Source of the DNA: an uncultured virus (IMG/VR IMGVR_UViG_3300027801_000017)
Lineage: Duplodnaviria > Heunggongvirae > Uroviricota > Caudoviricetes > Crassvirales
Length of the DNA: 64,000 nucleotides
Virus record (IMG/VR): IMGVR_UViG_3300027801_000017
Strand: one strand, 5' to 3'
Shown here: piece by piece, positions 1 to 9,889 of the stretch
Numbering within the stretch: the stretch's first letter is position 1
Layout of the letters: the number at the start of each line of letters is the position of its first letter
The notes under the pieces: model-generated
What the model was told of the DNA's origin: nothing
The model's input: only the letters and a program-made list of their open reading frames with translations
Database searches by the model: none
Position numbers and translations under genes: made by a program

Positions 1-87
1 GATTTATCTGATTACAGTGATGGTGTTTATAATATTATAACTATATTTGAAGGAAAGAAAAATAATTTTAAAATTATAAAAAATTAA
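1..87 (+). CDS. 3' end of a truncated CDS ending in a T9SS (Por secretion) C-terminal sorting-signal-like tail
   Basis: Frame 1 reads DLSDYSDGVYNIITIFEGKKNNFKIIKN*, fitting the DLSxxxxGxY...KIIK pattern of type A T9SS CTDs. Confidence 0.55.
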   Translation, partial: DLSDYSDGVYNIITIFEGKKNNFKIIKN

Positions 88-90
88 ACT

Positions 91-1818
91 TTGAAATGGC
101 TAGGTCAACATATTGTAGATTTTATTGCACGATTTAGAAGCGATGTGTATTTAGAAGATTTAACTACAGATTCATCTACAGATATTCTTGTAGTTGATTC
201 AGATGGTAAGATATGTAAAAATGCAGGTGCTGGAGATGATACAGAGTTTACTTTAACAGCAGACAGTGGTAGTGACCAAACTATAGTAGATGGAAATACT
301 TTAGATATAGCTGGGGGTAATGCGATAACTACAGTAGTTAGCGCTACAGACACCGTTACTATTAATCATGATGACACATCTACCCAGGCAAGTGTAGATA
401 ACTCTGGTAATACTGTTATACAAGATATACAGGTAGATACATACGGGCATGTAACTAGATTAGTATCATTAGAAATTACTTCTGTAGAAGGTGCTACACT
501 TGCAGAAACTGCTGCACTTGCAAATGTAGCAACTGCTGTCACAGCATCAGCAAATAATACAGCAAATGAAACAGTATACCCAACTTTTGTAGATGGAGCA
601 ACTGGGAGTCAAGGAATAGAAACAGATACAGATTTAACATATAATCCAGGTACAAATATATTAACATCAGTCAATTTTGCAGGAGCACTAGCAGGCAATG
701 CAAGTGGTAGTTCTGGAAGTTGTACTGGTAACGCAGCAACTGCAACGGCTTTAGCTACATCTAGAAATTTTCAAGCAGATTTAGCTAGTACATCAACAGC
801 TGGTTTTACTGGTGCTGCTAATTGTACTCCAGGAGTAACGGGAACTTTAGCTATAAGTAATGGTGGTACAGGTGCAACAGCGAGTACTGGTTGGTTAAAT
901 TCTAATGTTACTTCTGTGTCAGGTTCTGCAGCTACAGTTACAGCTGGAAATCAAGCGTCTATAACAACTTGTGGTAATTTAACTACGGTTGGAACAATTG
1001 CAACTGGTACTTGGAATGCAGGGATTATTGCTGAGGGTAAATTACAGAATCAAAGTGGAACTAACACAGGTGACCAAACTAATGTTACAGGTTCCTCTGG
1101 TTCGTGCACTGGTAATGCAGCAACATCTACTAAGATTGCGAGTATTACAAACACTGATATTGTTCAATTAGCAGGTAGTCAAACACTTACCGGAACAAAG
1201 ACATTAAACTCATTTAAAGGTACAGGAGGAGCAACTGTCACAAATATACTAGATGAAGATGCCATGGGTACTGATAGTGCAACCGCATTAGCAACGCAAC
1301 AATCTATAAAAGCTTATGTTGATGCAATGCCTGTTAAAGCCTATTTTACTTTTAGAGGGTATGGAACATCTAGCCAAGATGGTTCAGGTGATGCTATTTA
1401 TGAAATGCCTGAAATATTCTCAACTACAAATTCTCCATTTGAACACGACACTACTACAGGAACTGATGGTTTAACCGCTCAACAACCTAGAATATTTTTA
1501 AAAGGAGGCGCTTATGTTATGCCTTATAATGGCGTGATAAGGAAATTCACTGGATGGGCCCTATCAGCTGGTGGTGGAACTCTTGATATAGGTCTTTTTA
1601 AAGCTACATTTGTAGATGATGATTTGGCTGACAGAACTCCTTCATTATTAATAAATACCCAAATTGATGCTGCGGGTAACCAAAAACCAAGAAGTTTTAC
1701 CGAAGCATCTCTTAGTGCTTCTTTCAACGCTGGAGACGTAATTTATTCAGCTGCTAAAGGTTCATTAGATGCTAAATTATGGTATTTAGGTAGTACACTA
1801 GAAGTAGAATGGACATAA
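91..1818 (+). CDS. Putative tail fibre / virion fibre protein
   Basis: 575 aa, Gly/Thr/Ala/Ser-rich with repeated GSSGSCTGNAAT, GTLAISNGGTGAT, QTLTGTKT and ATQQSIKAYVD motifs typical of phage fibres. Confidence 0.7.
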   Translation: MKWLGQHIVDFIARFRSDVYLEDLTTDSSTDILVVDSDGKICKNAGAGDDTEFTLTADSGSDQTIVDGNTLDIAGGNAITTVVSATDTVTINHDDTSTQASVDNSGNTVIQDIQVDTYGHVTRLVSLEITSVEGATLAETAALANVATAVTASANNTANETVYPTFVDGATGSQGIETDTDLTYNPGTNILTSVNFAGALAGNASGSSGSCTGNAATATALATSRNFQADLASTSTAGFTGAANCTPGVTGTLAISNGGTGATASTGWLNSNVTSVSGSAATVTAGNQASITTCGNLTTVGTIATGTWNAGIIAEGKLQNQSGTNTGDQTNVTGSSGSCTGNAATSTKIASITNTDIVQLAGSQTLTGTKTLNSFKGTGGATVTNILDEDAMGTDSATALATQQSIKAYVDAMPVKAYFTFRGYGTSSQDGSGDAIYEMPEIFSTTNSPFEHDTTTGTDGLTAQQPRIFLKGGAYVMPYNGVIRKFTGWALSAGGGTLDIGLFKATFVDDDLADRTPSLLINTQIDAAGNQKPRSFTEASLSASFNAGDVIYSAAKGSLDAKLWYLGSTLEVEWT

Positions 1819-1831
1819 AATAAAATAAATT

Positions 1832-2173
1832 ATGGCATTACAATATTCAAATATAACAGGTAATTCAGCACAGGTGCTTATCGCTAAAAGAAGTGTTAGA
1901 AACAACCTAACAGGGCTGATTGATTCAACTTTTAATGCTTTAAATATTAGAAGTGTAAGTTTAGCTAATAAACACGCTACAGATGCTGTAACTGTTGATT
2001 TGTATATATATGACGCTACACTAGGAACTTTCTATATATTAAATAATGTAAAGATACCAAATGGAGCTACATTAAATCTAGACAATTCAGATGTATCTTT
2101 TAACAATGCAGATTATGAATTAAAAATACTACTAAGTGCTTCGGATAGTGCTGTAGATGTAATAATAAAATAA
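1832..2173 (+). CDS. Hypothetical virion-associated protein
   Basis: 113 aa beta-rich ORF directly after the fibre gene. Confidence 0.5.
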   Translation: MALQYSNITGNSAQVLIAKRSVRNNLTGLIDSTFNALNIRSVSLANKHATDAVTVDLYIYDATLGTFYILNNVKIPNGATLNLDNSDVSFNNADYELKILLSASDSAVDVIIK

Positions 2174-2182
2174 AAAAAAATT

Positions 2183-2575
2183 ATGAGTATATTAGGAAAA
2201 ATATTTAGTAGCGGAGCTACAGAATTAATTAAAGGTGTAGGTGGAGTATTAGATAATCTAACTACATCTAAAGAAGAAAAACTTGAGGCAGAAAGAAAAA
2301 TAAAAGAATTAGTTTCTAGTTACGAAATAGAGATGGAAAAAAATATAACTGAGAGATGGAAAATGGATATGCAATCCGATTCATGGCTTAGTAAAAATAT
2401 AAGACCGTTAGTTTTAATATTTCTAGTAGTATCTACAATGTTATTAGTATTTATAGATGCTGGTGTTATTGCTTTTGAAGTTAAAGCTAGTTGGGTTGAT
2501 TTATTACAATTAGTTTTAATAACTGTAATAGGAGCATATTTTGGTGGAAGAAGTTTAGAAAAAGTTAAAAAATAA
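2183..2575 (+). CDS. Putative holin (3TM / GTA-holin-like)
   Basis: RWKMDMQSDSWLSKNIRP motif, two hydrophobic segments and C-terminal YFGGRSLEK. Confidence 0.75.
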   Translation: MSILGKIFSSGATELIKGVGGVLDNLTTSKEEKLEAERKIKELVSSYEIEMEKNITERWKMDMQSDSWLSKNIRPLVLIFLVVSTMLLVFIDAGVIAFEVKASWVDLLQLVLITVIGAYFGGRSLEKVKK

Positions 2576-2865
2576 TGGCAGAAAGTAAATCAGGCGTAAA
2601 AGCTAGTTTAAAAAGAGCAGGAGTTTCAGGATTAAATAAACCAAAAAGAACTCCTAGTCATAAAACAAAGTCACATGTTGTTGTAACACGATGCAAGGGA
2701 AAAGTTAAAACAATACGTTTTGGTCAGCAAGGAGTAACTACAGCAGGAGATAAAACAGATACAAAATCTAATGCTAGAAGAAAGTCATTCAAAGCTAGAC
2801 ACGCTAAAAATATAGCTAAAGGAAAATGCTCTGCAGCTTATTGGGCAAACAAAGAAAAATGGTAA
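2575..2865 (+). CDS. Conserved small basic phage protein (resembles DUF6321)
   Basis: NKPKRTPSH, IRFGQQG, RKSFKARH and SAAYWA motifs; very basic. Confidence 0.5.
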   Translation: MAESKSGVKASLKRAGVSGLNKPKRTPSHKTKSHVVVTRCKGKVKTIRFGQQGVTTAGDKTDTKSNARRKSFKARHAKNIAKGKCSAAYWANKEKW

Positions 2866-2866
2866 A

Positions 2867-3343
2867 ATGAAATTAAAGGTATTAAGATTTAGTAGTCAGA
2901 AGGATTCCACAAGTGGATTGTTATTTGATGATAGTGATGGGAAATTAGAATTTTTATGCTATACTTTAGAAGACGAGTATAGAGAAGAAAAGATTAGTGG
3001 GGAAACTAGAGTTCCTGCTGGAACTTATAAAATAAAATTAAGAAATGAAGGGGGATTTCATTCAAGATATGCTAAAAAATATGGCAAGATACATAAGGGC
3101 ATGCTACATGTCACTAATGTTCCAGGTTTTAAATGGATTCTCATACATACTGGTAATACTGATGAGCATAGTTCTGGATGTCTTCTTGTGGGCGATTCGC
3201 AGGAAAATAATGTCATCATCAAAGATGGCTTCATTGGGAAATCAGTTAATGCGTACAAAAGAATATATCCAGATATTGCTAGGTCGTTAGAGAAAAAGGA
3301 AGAAGTAACTATTGAATATATAGATTTAGATAATAATGGATAA
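2867..3343 (+). CDS. DUF5675-family putative L,D-peptidase endolysin
   Basis: CYTLED, GETRVPAGTY, VPGFKWILIHTGN and GCLLVG motifs; next to the holin. Confidence 0.75.
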   Translation: MKLKVLRFSSQKDSTSGLLFDDSDGKLEFLCYTLEDEYREEKISGETRVPAGTYKIKLRNEGGFHSRYAKKYGKIHKGMLHVTNVPGFKWILIHTGNTDEHSSGCLLVGDSQENNVIIKDGFIGKSVNAYKRIYPDIARSLEKKEEVTIEYIDLDNNG

Positions 3344-3776
3344 AGGATTAAAGTATTTAGTTATACACTCTACTAATACTAGAGAGGGTAAGGAAATAAG
3401 TCTTATAGGGAGTATTAAATCATTATATTCAGATGTAGTAGATATAAGCGGCAATATTATAAATTTTTTATCAGACAGTAAAGATAATAGAGTTAATGAT
3501 TGGAACTTAAAGTATAATAATGAAAATATAGATTCTACATCAAGACATATTGCTTATGTGGGTGGGGCTAATAAAGACAACACTAATGCAAAAGACACTA
3601 GAACAGAAAAACAAAAAGAAACTCTAGAAATATATATTAAATATATGGTCAGAAGACATCCTAATATACAAATAGTGGGATACAATCAATTAAAGGATAA
3701 TTCTTCGCCTAACTTTAAAGTTAATGAATGGTTAAGAGAAATAGGAGCTGAAGATAAAAACATTTTTATTCAATGA
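3336..3776 (+). CDS. T7-lysozyme-type amidase homologue, apparently lacking Zn ligands
   Basis: YLVIHST, HIAYVGG and DTRTEKQK fit Amidase_2, but the GH and CP motifs read GYNQ and SSPNF. Confidence 0.65.
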   Translation: MDKGLKYLVIHSTNTREGKEISLIGSIKSLYSDVVDISGNIINFLSDSKDNRVNDWNLKYNNENIDSTSRHIAYVGGANKDNTNAKDTRTEKQKETLEIYIKYMVRRHPNIQIVGYNQLKDNSSPNFKVNEWLREIGAEDKNIFIQ

Positions 3777-6100
3777 GAAAATTTGTAAACAAATATATAA
3801 ATAGATTTAATGCCATTAAAAAAACTATTACTGATGCCGCTACTTTTTCAATGGGTGGTGCTGCAGCTAGGAAAGGTGCTGCTTTCTGTGATGGTAAAAC
3901 TAGGGTGCATAATCATAATTTATGTAGTGATGCAATTGGCCCCTTAATATTTTATAAAAATGAGTATGATAATAGTTCTCTTTCTATTAACGGTACTAAT
4001 ATTACTGATTTTTATAATATGCTTTCAAGTACCAGTCAAGGGTTTAGAAAAGCCGCTACTTATTGGCTTGCTATAAATAGACCTGAAGAAGCTTCGGGAG
4101 ATTTTTATTTTCAAATTTTAGATAGCATGAAGAAGGTTGATTCTTATCCCGAATTATACACCCCTGATGATGCTGTACCTACTGCAAACTGGATTTCGTA
4201 TTCCCCCACACCCACCACTAGTTTCTATTCAGGATGGTTAAAAGGTGAGTCGCCTGACCAAAATCATGCAGTACTAAATTCACCATCATGTGTTGAAGTT
4301 CCTCAAAATTTTACTGCTTGGGATTTAATAGTTGCAGACCCTAAATCGGCAGTTGGTAATGTTAATGCTGTTACCCCCCTCTCTTCGTATGATAAACCTG
4401 CATTAAGAAACTCTTATTTTAGTGCTGGGTTTTCTGTAGTTATGGATTTAACTCGCATTCATGACCCCGCTCAAATTCTGAGTTCAACCTCAAGTTATAA
4501 AAGTTGGTGTACATCAGTACAACCTTTCCCTGATGTTAATGGGAATCCCTCAGACAACACTGGTTATGCTAAATTTAGTTATAAAGATTTTCTTTATAGG
4601 TTAAAATCACATGCAGAGAATCCAATGATGAGCGGAGATGGAGCTGGTGAGTATCCTTTTGAAGTAAATGAGATGGCAAGTGGGGGGTGGAGGTACGAGC
4701 TTAAATGGTTTAGGGGATGTTTCCATGGTATTACTTTAGATATGAGTCCACAAGAGGTGTATAATCATTCTAGAAGAATAATGAACTCAAGGTATTCCAT
4801 TACTCCATACGCATATAGTTTTACCCCAATAAGTGGACATAGTAATATGGTTGCCGCCAACACTGGTAATACCCCATCGCAAGGTCAGGCATTTGATGCT
4901 GGAGGATGGTATGAGATGGATATAACAGACAAGACCCGTTATAACTCAACATTAGTTGGGAATTATACAATTGACCCTGCTACTTCCACCGCTATTCAGG
5001 GTGTTTGGTATGATGCTGGTCAAAATCCAGGAGCCCCATATCAGCATCTTCATGCATCAAATAATCCTGGAAATGTGGGGTATCATGGTGTTGATAATAC
5101 TGATGATGATGGTGATGGTACTTTTGATTCTTATTCTGGGACAAAGAATAAGAAAAGAACTCTATCTGAAATGAAAATACAAATTGGTAAGATTGAATTA
5201 TTACGTGAAGGATTTCAGAATTGTAAAGGATGTGAATATAGTTGTTATTGGTCAGGTATAAAGCTTAAAATATTATGCTCATCCTCAAGGCCATCATTTC
5301 CTTTTAAGGAAATAATTGACTGCAAGAACTTTACATCATCTAACCCTCAATATCTTTGTAAAAATGGCCCTATAGAAACTCCTATAGGGATTCGTGGTGA
5401 TGGTGTTTCAACTTTAACTGGTGTTCTATCACCAACTACCTCCCCTTACTATACCTGTAATGATGCTACTGGAGGATGTTCTTATCTGGGTAATTACACT
5501 GCACTACAAACCCCTCCCCCTAATTCTTATACAAGTACGAGTGGCTGTCTTCAAGATTGTATGTGTGAATCGGATTGTTGCCAAAAAGAATTAACCGTAC
5601 CTATTCCACTTGTTAATACAACAAAAACACATGCTAAATGCTGTATAACGCATTGGGAATTAGGAAGCGTCATCAATAATCCTACTGGCTCTAATGGTTG
5701 GGATTCAACTGGAAATGACTCTCTTAGAATACGGACTTGTATAGACACAGATGCAATTGCAGGCGCACCTGGTGTTGCTGCTAATTATGAGATTGCCCTC
5801 AAACCCCTCGCTGGTGTTTGGACTGTTATAGCTACTTCCACAAATAATCAGGGTAATGTCTTTATAATAAACCCTATAAATCCAGGATTATACAGGGCTC
5901 GGATTAAATGTTCAGAGTGTGTAGGAGCATTAAGTGGGTGGGATTCTGTTGCTTATATTAGTCTATCTAATCATCCTTCAGGGTCAGGATATACAGAAGG
6001 AACTCTTAGTTTCTCTAAATTCCCAGGATGTGAGCCAGGCATAATACAAGTTGATGTAGGTGCAGTCCCAGAACCTGACGACTTAATAACTTATGGTTAA
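3773..6100 (+). CDS. Large hypothetical protein with Cys-rich C-terminal half (possible virion surface protein)
   Basis: 775 aa ORF with no family recognised by eye. Confidence 0.55.
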   Translation: MRKFVNKYINRFNAIKKTITDAATFSMGGAAARKGAAFCDGKTRVHNHNLCSDAIGPLIFYKNEYDNSSLSINGTNITDFYNMLSSTSQGFRKAATYWLAINRPEEASGDFYFQILDSMKKVDSYPELYTPDDAVPTANWISYSPTPTTSFYSGWLKGESPDQNHAVLNSPSCVEVPQNFTAWDLIVADPKSAVGNVNAVTPLSSYDKPALRNSYFSAGFSVVMDLTRIHDPAQILSSTSSYKSWCTSVQPFPDVNGNPSDNTGYAKFSYKDFLYRLKSHAENPMMSGDGAGEYPFEVNEMASGGWRYELKWFRGCFHGITLDMSPQEVYNHSRRIMNSRYSITPYAYSFTPISGHSNMVAANTGNTPSQGQAFDAGGWYEMDITDKTRYNSTLVGNYTIDPATSTAIQGVWYDAGQNPGAPYQHLHASNNPGNVGYHGVDNTDDDGDGTFDSYSGTKNKKRTLSEMKIQIGKIELLREGFQNCKGCEYSCYWSGIKLKILCSSSRPSFPFKEIIDCKNFTSSNPQYLCKNGPIETPIGIRGDGVSTLTGVLSPTTSPYYTCNDATGGCSYLGNYTALQTPPPNSYTSTSGCLQDCMCESDCCQKELTVPIPLVNTTKTHAKCCITHWELGSVINNPTGSNGWDSTGNDSLRIRTCIDTDAIAGAPGVAANYEIALKPLAGVWTVIATSTNNQGNVFIINPINPGLYRARIKCSECVGALSGWDSVAYISLSNHPSGSGYTEGTLSFSKFPGCEPGIIQVDVGAVPEPDDLITYG

Positions 6101-6126
6101 AAATAAAATAATACACAATAATTTTG

Positions 6127-6134
6127 TATATTTG
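6127..6134 (+). promoter_or_regulatory. Bacteroidetes-type -7 promoter element (no clear -33)
   Basis: TATATTTG(C) in the intergenic region. Confidence 0.45.
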
Positions 6135-6138
6135 CGAA

Positions 6139-6213
6139 TCTTTTGTTCTTCATAGCGAAAGTTATTAGTTTTAGTATTAAGAATGGGGTGTTAATAACAT
6201 CCCATTTTTAATA
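6139..6213 (+). ncRNA. Candidate ~75-nt sRNA
   Basis: Lies between a -7 element and a long hairpin; internal AUAGC-GAAA-GUUAU tetraloop hairpin; arms antisense to the early-gene leader repeat. Confidence 0.4.
6175..6213 (+). terminator. Terminator-like hairpin
   Basis: TATTAAGAATGGGGTGTT / AACATCCCATTTTTAATA 18-bp stem with two G-U pairs. Confidence 0.65.
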
Positions 6214-6234
6214 TAAACTTCTTTTATTTTTTCA

Positions 6235-6242
6235 TATATTTG
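6235..6242 (+). promoter_or_regulatory. Bacteroidetes-type -7 promoter element
   Basis: TATATTTG(C) 24 nt upstream of ATG 6267. Confidence 0.55.
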
Positions 6243-6266
6243 CTTAATAACCAACACGTAAAGAAT

Positions 6267-7358
6267 ATGTCTAAAGAATATGGCAAAAGAATCAGACTTT
6301 CAGAGGAGGAGGTTGAAATAGTTTATGAGAGTAGAGCAGAGAATACAACTAATTTAAATGGCAATACAGCACTAGATATACATCTTAATGAAAGAGGTAT
6401 AGATAAGAAAGATATAGTATCTATAAAACATTGGCAGTCTGCCAGTGGAGAATATAGATTTAGTATTGTAACAAAAGAGGATTTAAATATAGATGAGAAT
6501 CATATCATAGATAAGATAACCGAATTTATAGATAGGCATTCTCCCGTATACCCAAAACCCAAAAGAGATAAAGGTGGTAATCATTTATTAGTGATAAATC
6601 CAGCAGATATACATATAGGTAAATACGCTAATAAATTAGAGACTGGTGATGGATATAATGTTGAAACCGCCTGTAAGCGTGTTTTAGAGGGTATACATGG
6701 GCTTATATCAAAATCACAAGGGTTTAAGGTGGATAGGGTTCTTTTTTGCATAGGGAATGATATTTTACATATAGATAATGTATATAATCAAACAACGGCT
6801 GGTACTGGTCAAGATGTTGATGGTAAATGGTGGGAGCATTTTGAGTTTGCTTTAGAGCTGTATGTTAAGTGTATAGAAATACTAAGAGATGTAGCTCAGG
6901 TAGATGTAATTCATAGCATGAGTAATCATGACTATCAAAGTGGATTTCATTTAGCGCATGCACTTAAATCTTGGTTTAGAAATGATAAGGAAATTAATTT
7001 TGATATTAGCGTAGCACATAGAAAGTATTATCAGTATGGAAATAATCTGATTGGATTAGAACATGGAGATGGTGCTAAGATGGATAATCTACCTTTATTA
7101 ATGGCTCAAGAAAAACCTAAGATGTGGAGTGACACTAAATATAGATATTGGTATCTTCATCACTTACACCATAAGGTAAAACATAAATGGAGAGATGCTA
7201 AGGATTTTATAGGAGTTACGGTAGAGTATATGCGTAGTCCATCAGGAACAGATAGTTGGCATTCACGCAAAGGATATACGGGTGTTCCTAAAGCTGTAGA
7301 GGGGTTCCTTCATGAAAAATCTAACGGACAAGTTGCAAGGTTAGTTCACTACTTCTAA
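6267..7358 (+). CDS. Calcineurin-like metallophosphoesterase
   Basis: DIHIG, GND, SNHD, HGD and HHLHH motifs; start moved to ATG 6267, downstream of the promoter. Confidence 0.8.
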   Translation: MSKEYGKRIRLSEEEVEIVYESRAENTTNLNGNTALDIHLNERGIDKKDIVSIKHWQSASGEYRFSIVTKEDLNIDENHIIDKITEFIDRHSPVYPKPKRDKGGNHLLVINPADIHIGKYANKLETGDGYNVETACKRVLEGIHGLISKSQGFKVDRVLFCIGNDILHIDNVYNQTTAGTGQDVDGKWWEHFEFALELYVKCIEILRDVAQVDVIHSMSNHDYQSGFHLAHALKSWFRNDKEINFDISVAHRKYYQYGNNLIGLEHGDGAKMDNLPLLMAQEKPKMWSDTKYRYWYLHHLHHKVKHKWRDAKDFIGVTVEYMRSPSGTDSWHSRKGYTGVPKAVEGFLHEKSNGQVARLVHYF

Positions 7359-9817
7359 TACATACAAGTTCCGTCATCAATATTGGCAATAGGGCTATAG
7401 TTAAGAGCTAAAGGGTCTGTACATCCTGAGTATTTAAAGGATGATGAATCACCACAACAATAATTTATTACCCCACTTTTTTCACAAGGATGTGTAGCGC
7501 TAGGATTGTAGTTTAATGAATTTGGATTTGTACATCCGTATATTTTATAATCATTACCCCCTTCATTAGTATGCTCATCTAAAAGAGTAGAACATAATCC
7601 ATACTCTTCAGACTGCATTATTTCTATATAATCTGTATCACCACATTCATAAGCCATATCTCTCATCACACGAAGATTCATAAATCTTTGTAGATTTCTT
7701 TTTTCTGTTATATAATCATCTTCAGTACATCCTTCGCAATTAGCTTCTTTATACAATACATTTAATAATTTAAAACAATCACTACACTCTCCTTCTAGAC
7801 AACTTCCGTCATCACAAGTAGCGGTAGAATTATAATTACTAGAAACAGGGTCAGTACACCCATACTCACAGTATTCACAAGAACCATCATCACAAGTAAC
7901 AAGAACATCATAATTTATAGCGGTAGGGTCAGTACAACCATCTATACAGCAAGAACCATCATCACAGGTTGCTGATGCCGAAAAGTTAGATGCTAATGGG
8001 TCTGTACATCCATATATACACCCCGAACATGAACCATCATCACAAGTAGCTAACGGATTATAATTAGAAGATGCTAAATTTGTACAGCCATACACACAAG
8101 GTATACAGCTTCCGTTATCTTGTGTGGCTAATGGATTGTAATTTACAGAATCTCGGTCTGTACACCCCCATATAACTACATCACATGAACCATCATCAAT
8201 AGTGGCTAATGGGTTGTAGTTAGAAGATAACAGGTTAGTACATCCATAAACAGGATATAAACATGAACCATTATCAATAGTGGCTAATGAGTCATAATTA
8301 CTAGCTGTAGAATCTGTACATCCATATACATCAGTGCCACCACAATTACCCAATTCACTAATATTAAAGTCAAACTCTAGCGAACAACCAATATGCGTAC
8401 CAGGTAGTGCCATGCTCTGTATACATGAGCATGTACCTTGATTATCATCATCCACACAAACGTAGGTAAGTTTATAATCAGCTGTATGTAAATCATCAGC
8501 CCAAGGGTCAGCAGGGTCATTAGGGCCAACCGTAAGAGAAGGTGTAGGTACAGAAATATTGGCGACGCTTTTAAAATACCCCCCAGAAACAGCAGTGTTA
8601 GCACTAGTATCCCACTCTTCAAGTTTTACATCCCATCTAAGGTCTGAAGTTAAATCTTGGTTGCTACATGTAGGGCTACAGCTATTAAATGTCTGAAGAC
8701 CATTAAATGTAGGGTCAAAACCAATACTTAGCACACATGAACCTGTAGCACCCCCAATACATGAACTACTTGTATTTGCAGTTGCGTTTATCCATGATGC
8801 TGCCAATACACTATTACAATCTGTCGGTGCTCCAATTTGTATACAGCTTCCGTCATCATAACATGCGGTAGCATCATAGTTAGATGCCAATGGGTCTGTA
8901 CATCCTGACACATAACAACAGCTACCATCATCAATAGTGGCTGCCCAATTATAATTAAAAGCACCAGCATCTGTACAACCTAGAATTGTAACTGGGATTT
9001 TAAAAATACCTCCCCAATCTTGATTCCATAAAATCTTTATTCTCGTAGTTCCTCCACTACCATCAGGGATTTCCCAACCCCAATCTCCACCATCTGGTGC
9101 TCCACTTAAATCAACCGTATGTTTTTGATATACATTAGTTCCTCCAACCGAACTACAATCTCCGAAATAACTAGCCCCTCCACTAATTTCGCAAGCATAT
9201 CTTAGTGGTTGAGAACCCCCATTAGCAGGGTTAAGCGCCCAAGCCATTGACTCAAAGTTTTGTGTGCTCCCGTTAGCTATTATTGGTCTATTAGCAAGCG
9301 TGCTAGATGAGTCTGTAAAGGTTATGTCAGTTCTTAATGCAGAAGTTACATCTAGGGTATATAAAGAAACTTCTAAAGCATTTGTGTCTGGCTGGTAAGC
9401 GTAAAGAACACCTTGGTCTTGCGGAATAGTCCCCCAATTAGAAACAGGGTTTGTGTAGAATTTATATATTTTAACATCACCTTGTGCGTTTGTGCTTTTT
9501 AGTTGATATGTTTCTCCTGAATTTAATCCTGAGAAACTCTTAGACTGCATGTCTATATTGTTAAGAAAAGTAGGATTACACGTTGTGGTATTCCAAGTAA
9601 CGCCATTTACACCAGGAAATATAGTACCTGCCCCTATTCCAGTAATTTGTCTTAACTCATACGCGTAGGGGTCACCTTGATACCCTCCCAAGTCTTGGTT
9701 AGAAGGGAAGTTAATCCCACAAGTTTGAGGCATACCTATTGAGCTTATCTGTGTGTATATCTCTATCTTTTGAGATTTAACAGTAGCAAAATGGAGACCA
9801 TGTATATTATTTGGCAT
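7355..9817 (-). CDS. Cys-rich repeat protein (11 GCTDxxAxNY...DDGSC repeats)
   Basis: 820 aa; repeats counted in the translation; has its own promoter. Confidence 0.75.
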   Translation of the reverse strand: MPNNIHGLHFATVKSQKIEIYTQISSIGMPQTCGINFPSNQDLGGYQGDPYAYELRQITGIGAGTIFPGVNGVTWNTTTCNPTFLNNIDMQSKSFSGLNSGETYQLKSTNAQGDVKIYKFYTNPVSNWGTIPQDQGVLYAYQPDTNALEVSLYTLDVTSALRTDITFTDSSSTLANRPIIANGSTQNFESMAWALNPANGGSQPLRYACEISGGASYFGDCSSVGGTNVYQKHTVDLSGAPDGGDWGWEIPDGSGGTTRIKILWNQDWGGIFKIPVTILGCTDAGAFNYNWAATIDDGSCCYVSGCTDPLASNYDATACYDDGSCIQIGAPTDCNSVLAASWINATANTSSSCIGGATGSCVLSIGFDPTFNGLQTFNSCSPTCSNQDLTSDLRWDVKLEEWDTSANTAVSGGYFKSVANISVPTPSLTVGPNDPADPWADDLHTADYKLTYVCVDDDNQGTCSCIQSMALPGTHIGCSLEFDFNISELGNCGGTDVYGCTDSTASNYDSLATIDNGSCLYPVYGCTNLLSSNYNPLATIDDGSCDVVIWGCTDRDSVNYNPLATQDNGSCIPCVYGCTNLASSNYNPLATCDDGSCSGCIYGCTDPLASNFSASATCDDGSCCIDGCTDPTAINYDVLVTCDDGSCEYCEYGCTDPVSSNYNSTATCDDGSCLEGECSDCFKLLNVLYKEANCEGCTEDDYITEKRNLQRFMNLRVMRDMAYECGDTDYIEIMQSEEYGLCSTLLDEHTNEGGNDYKIYGCTNPNSLNYNPSATHPCEKSGVINYCCGDSSSFKYSGCTDPLALNYSPIANIDDGTCMY

Positions 9818-9850
9818 GTTTTTATTTTTTAATCACAAACTATAAGCTTG

Positions 9851-9881
9851 CAAATATACGAAAAAACAAGCATATATCAAA
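9851..9881 (-). promoter_or_regulatory. Bacteroidetes sigma-A-type promoter
   Basis: TTTG-N19-TATATTTG on the minus strand. Confidence 0.75.
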
Positions 9882-9889
9882 GTTATTTA

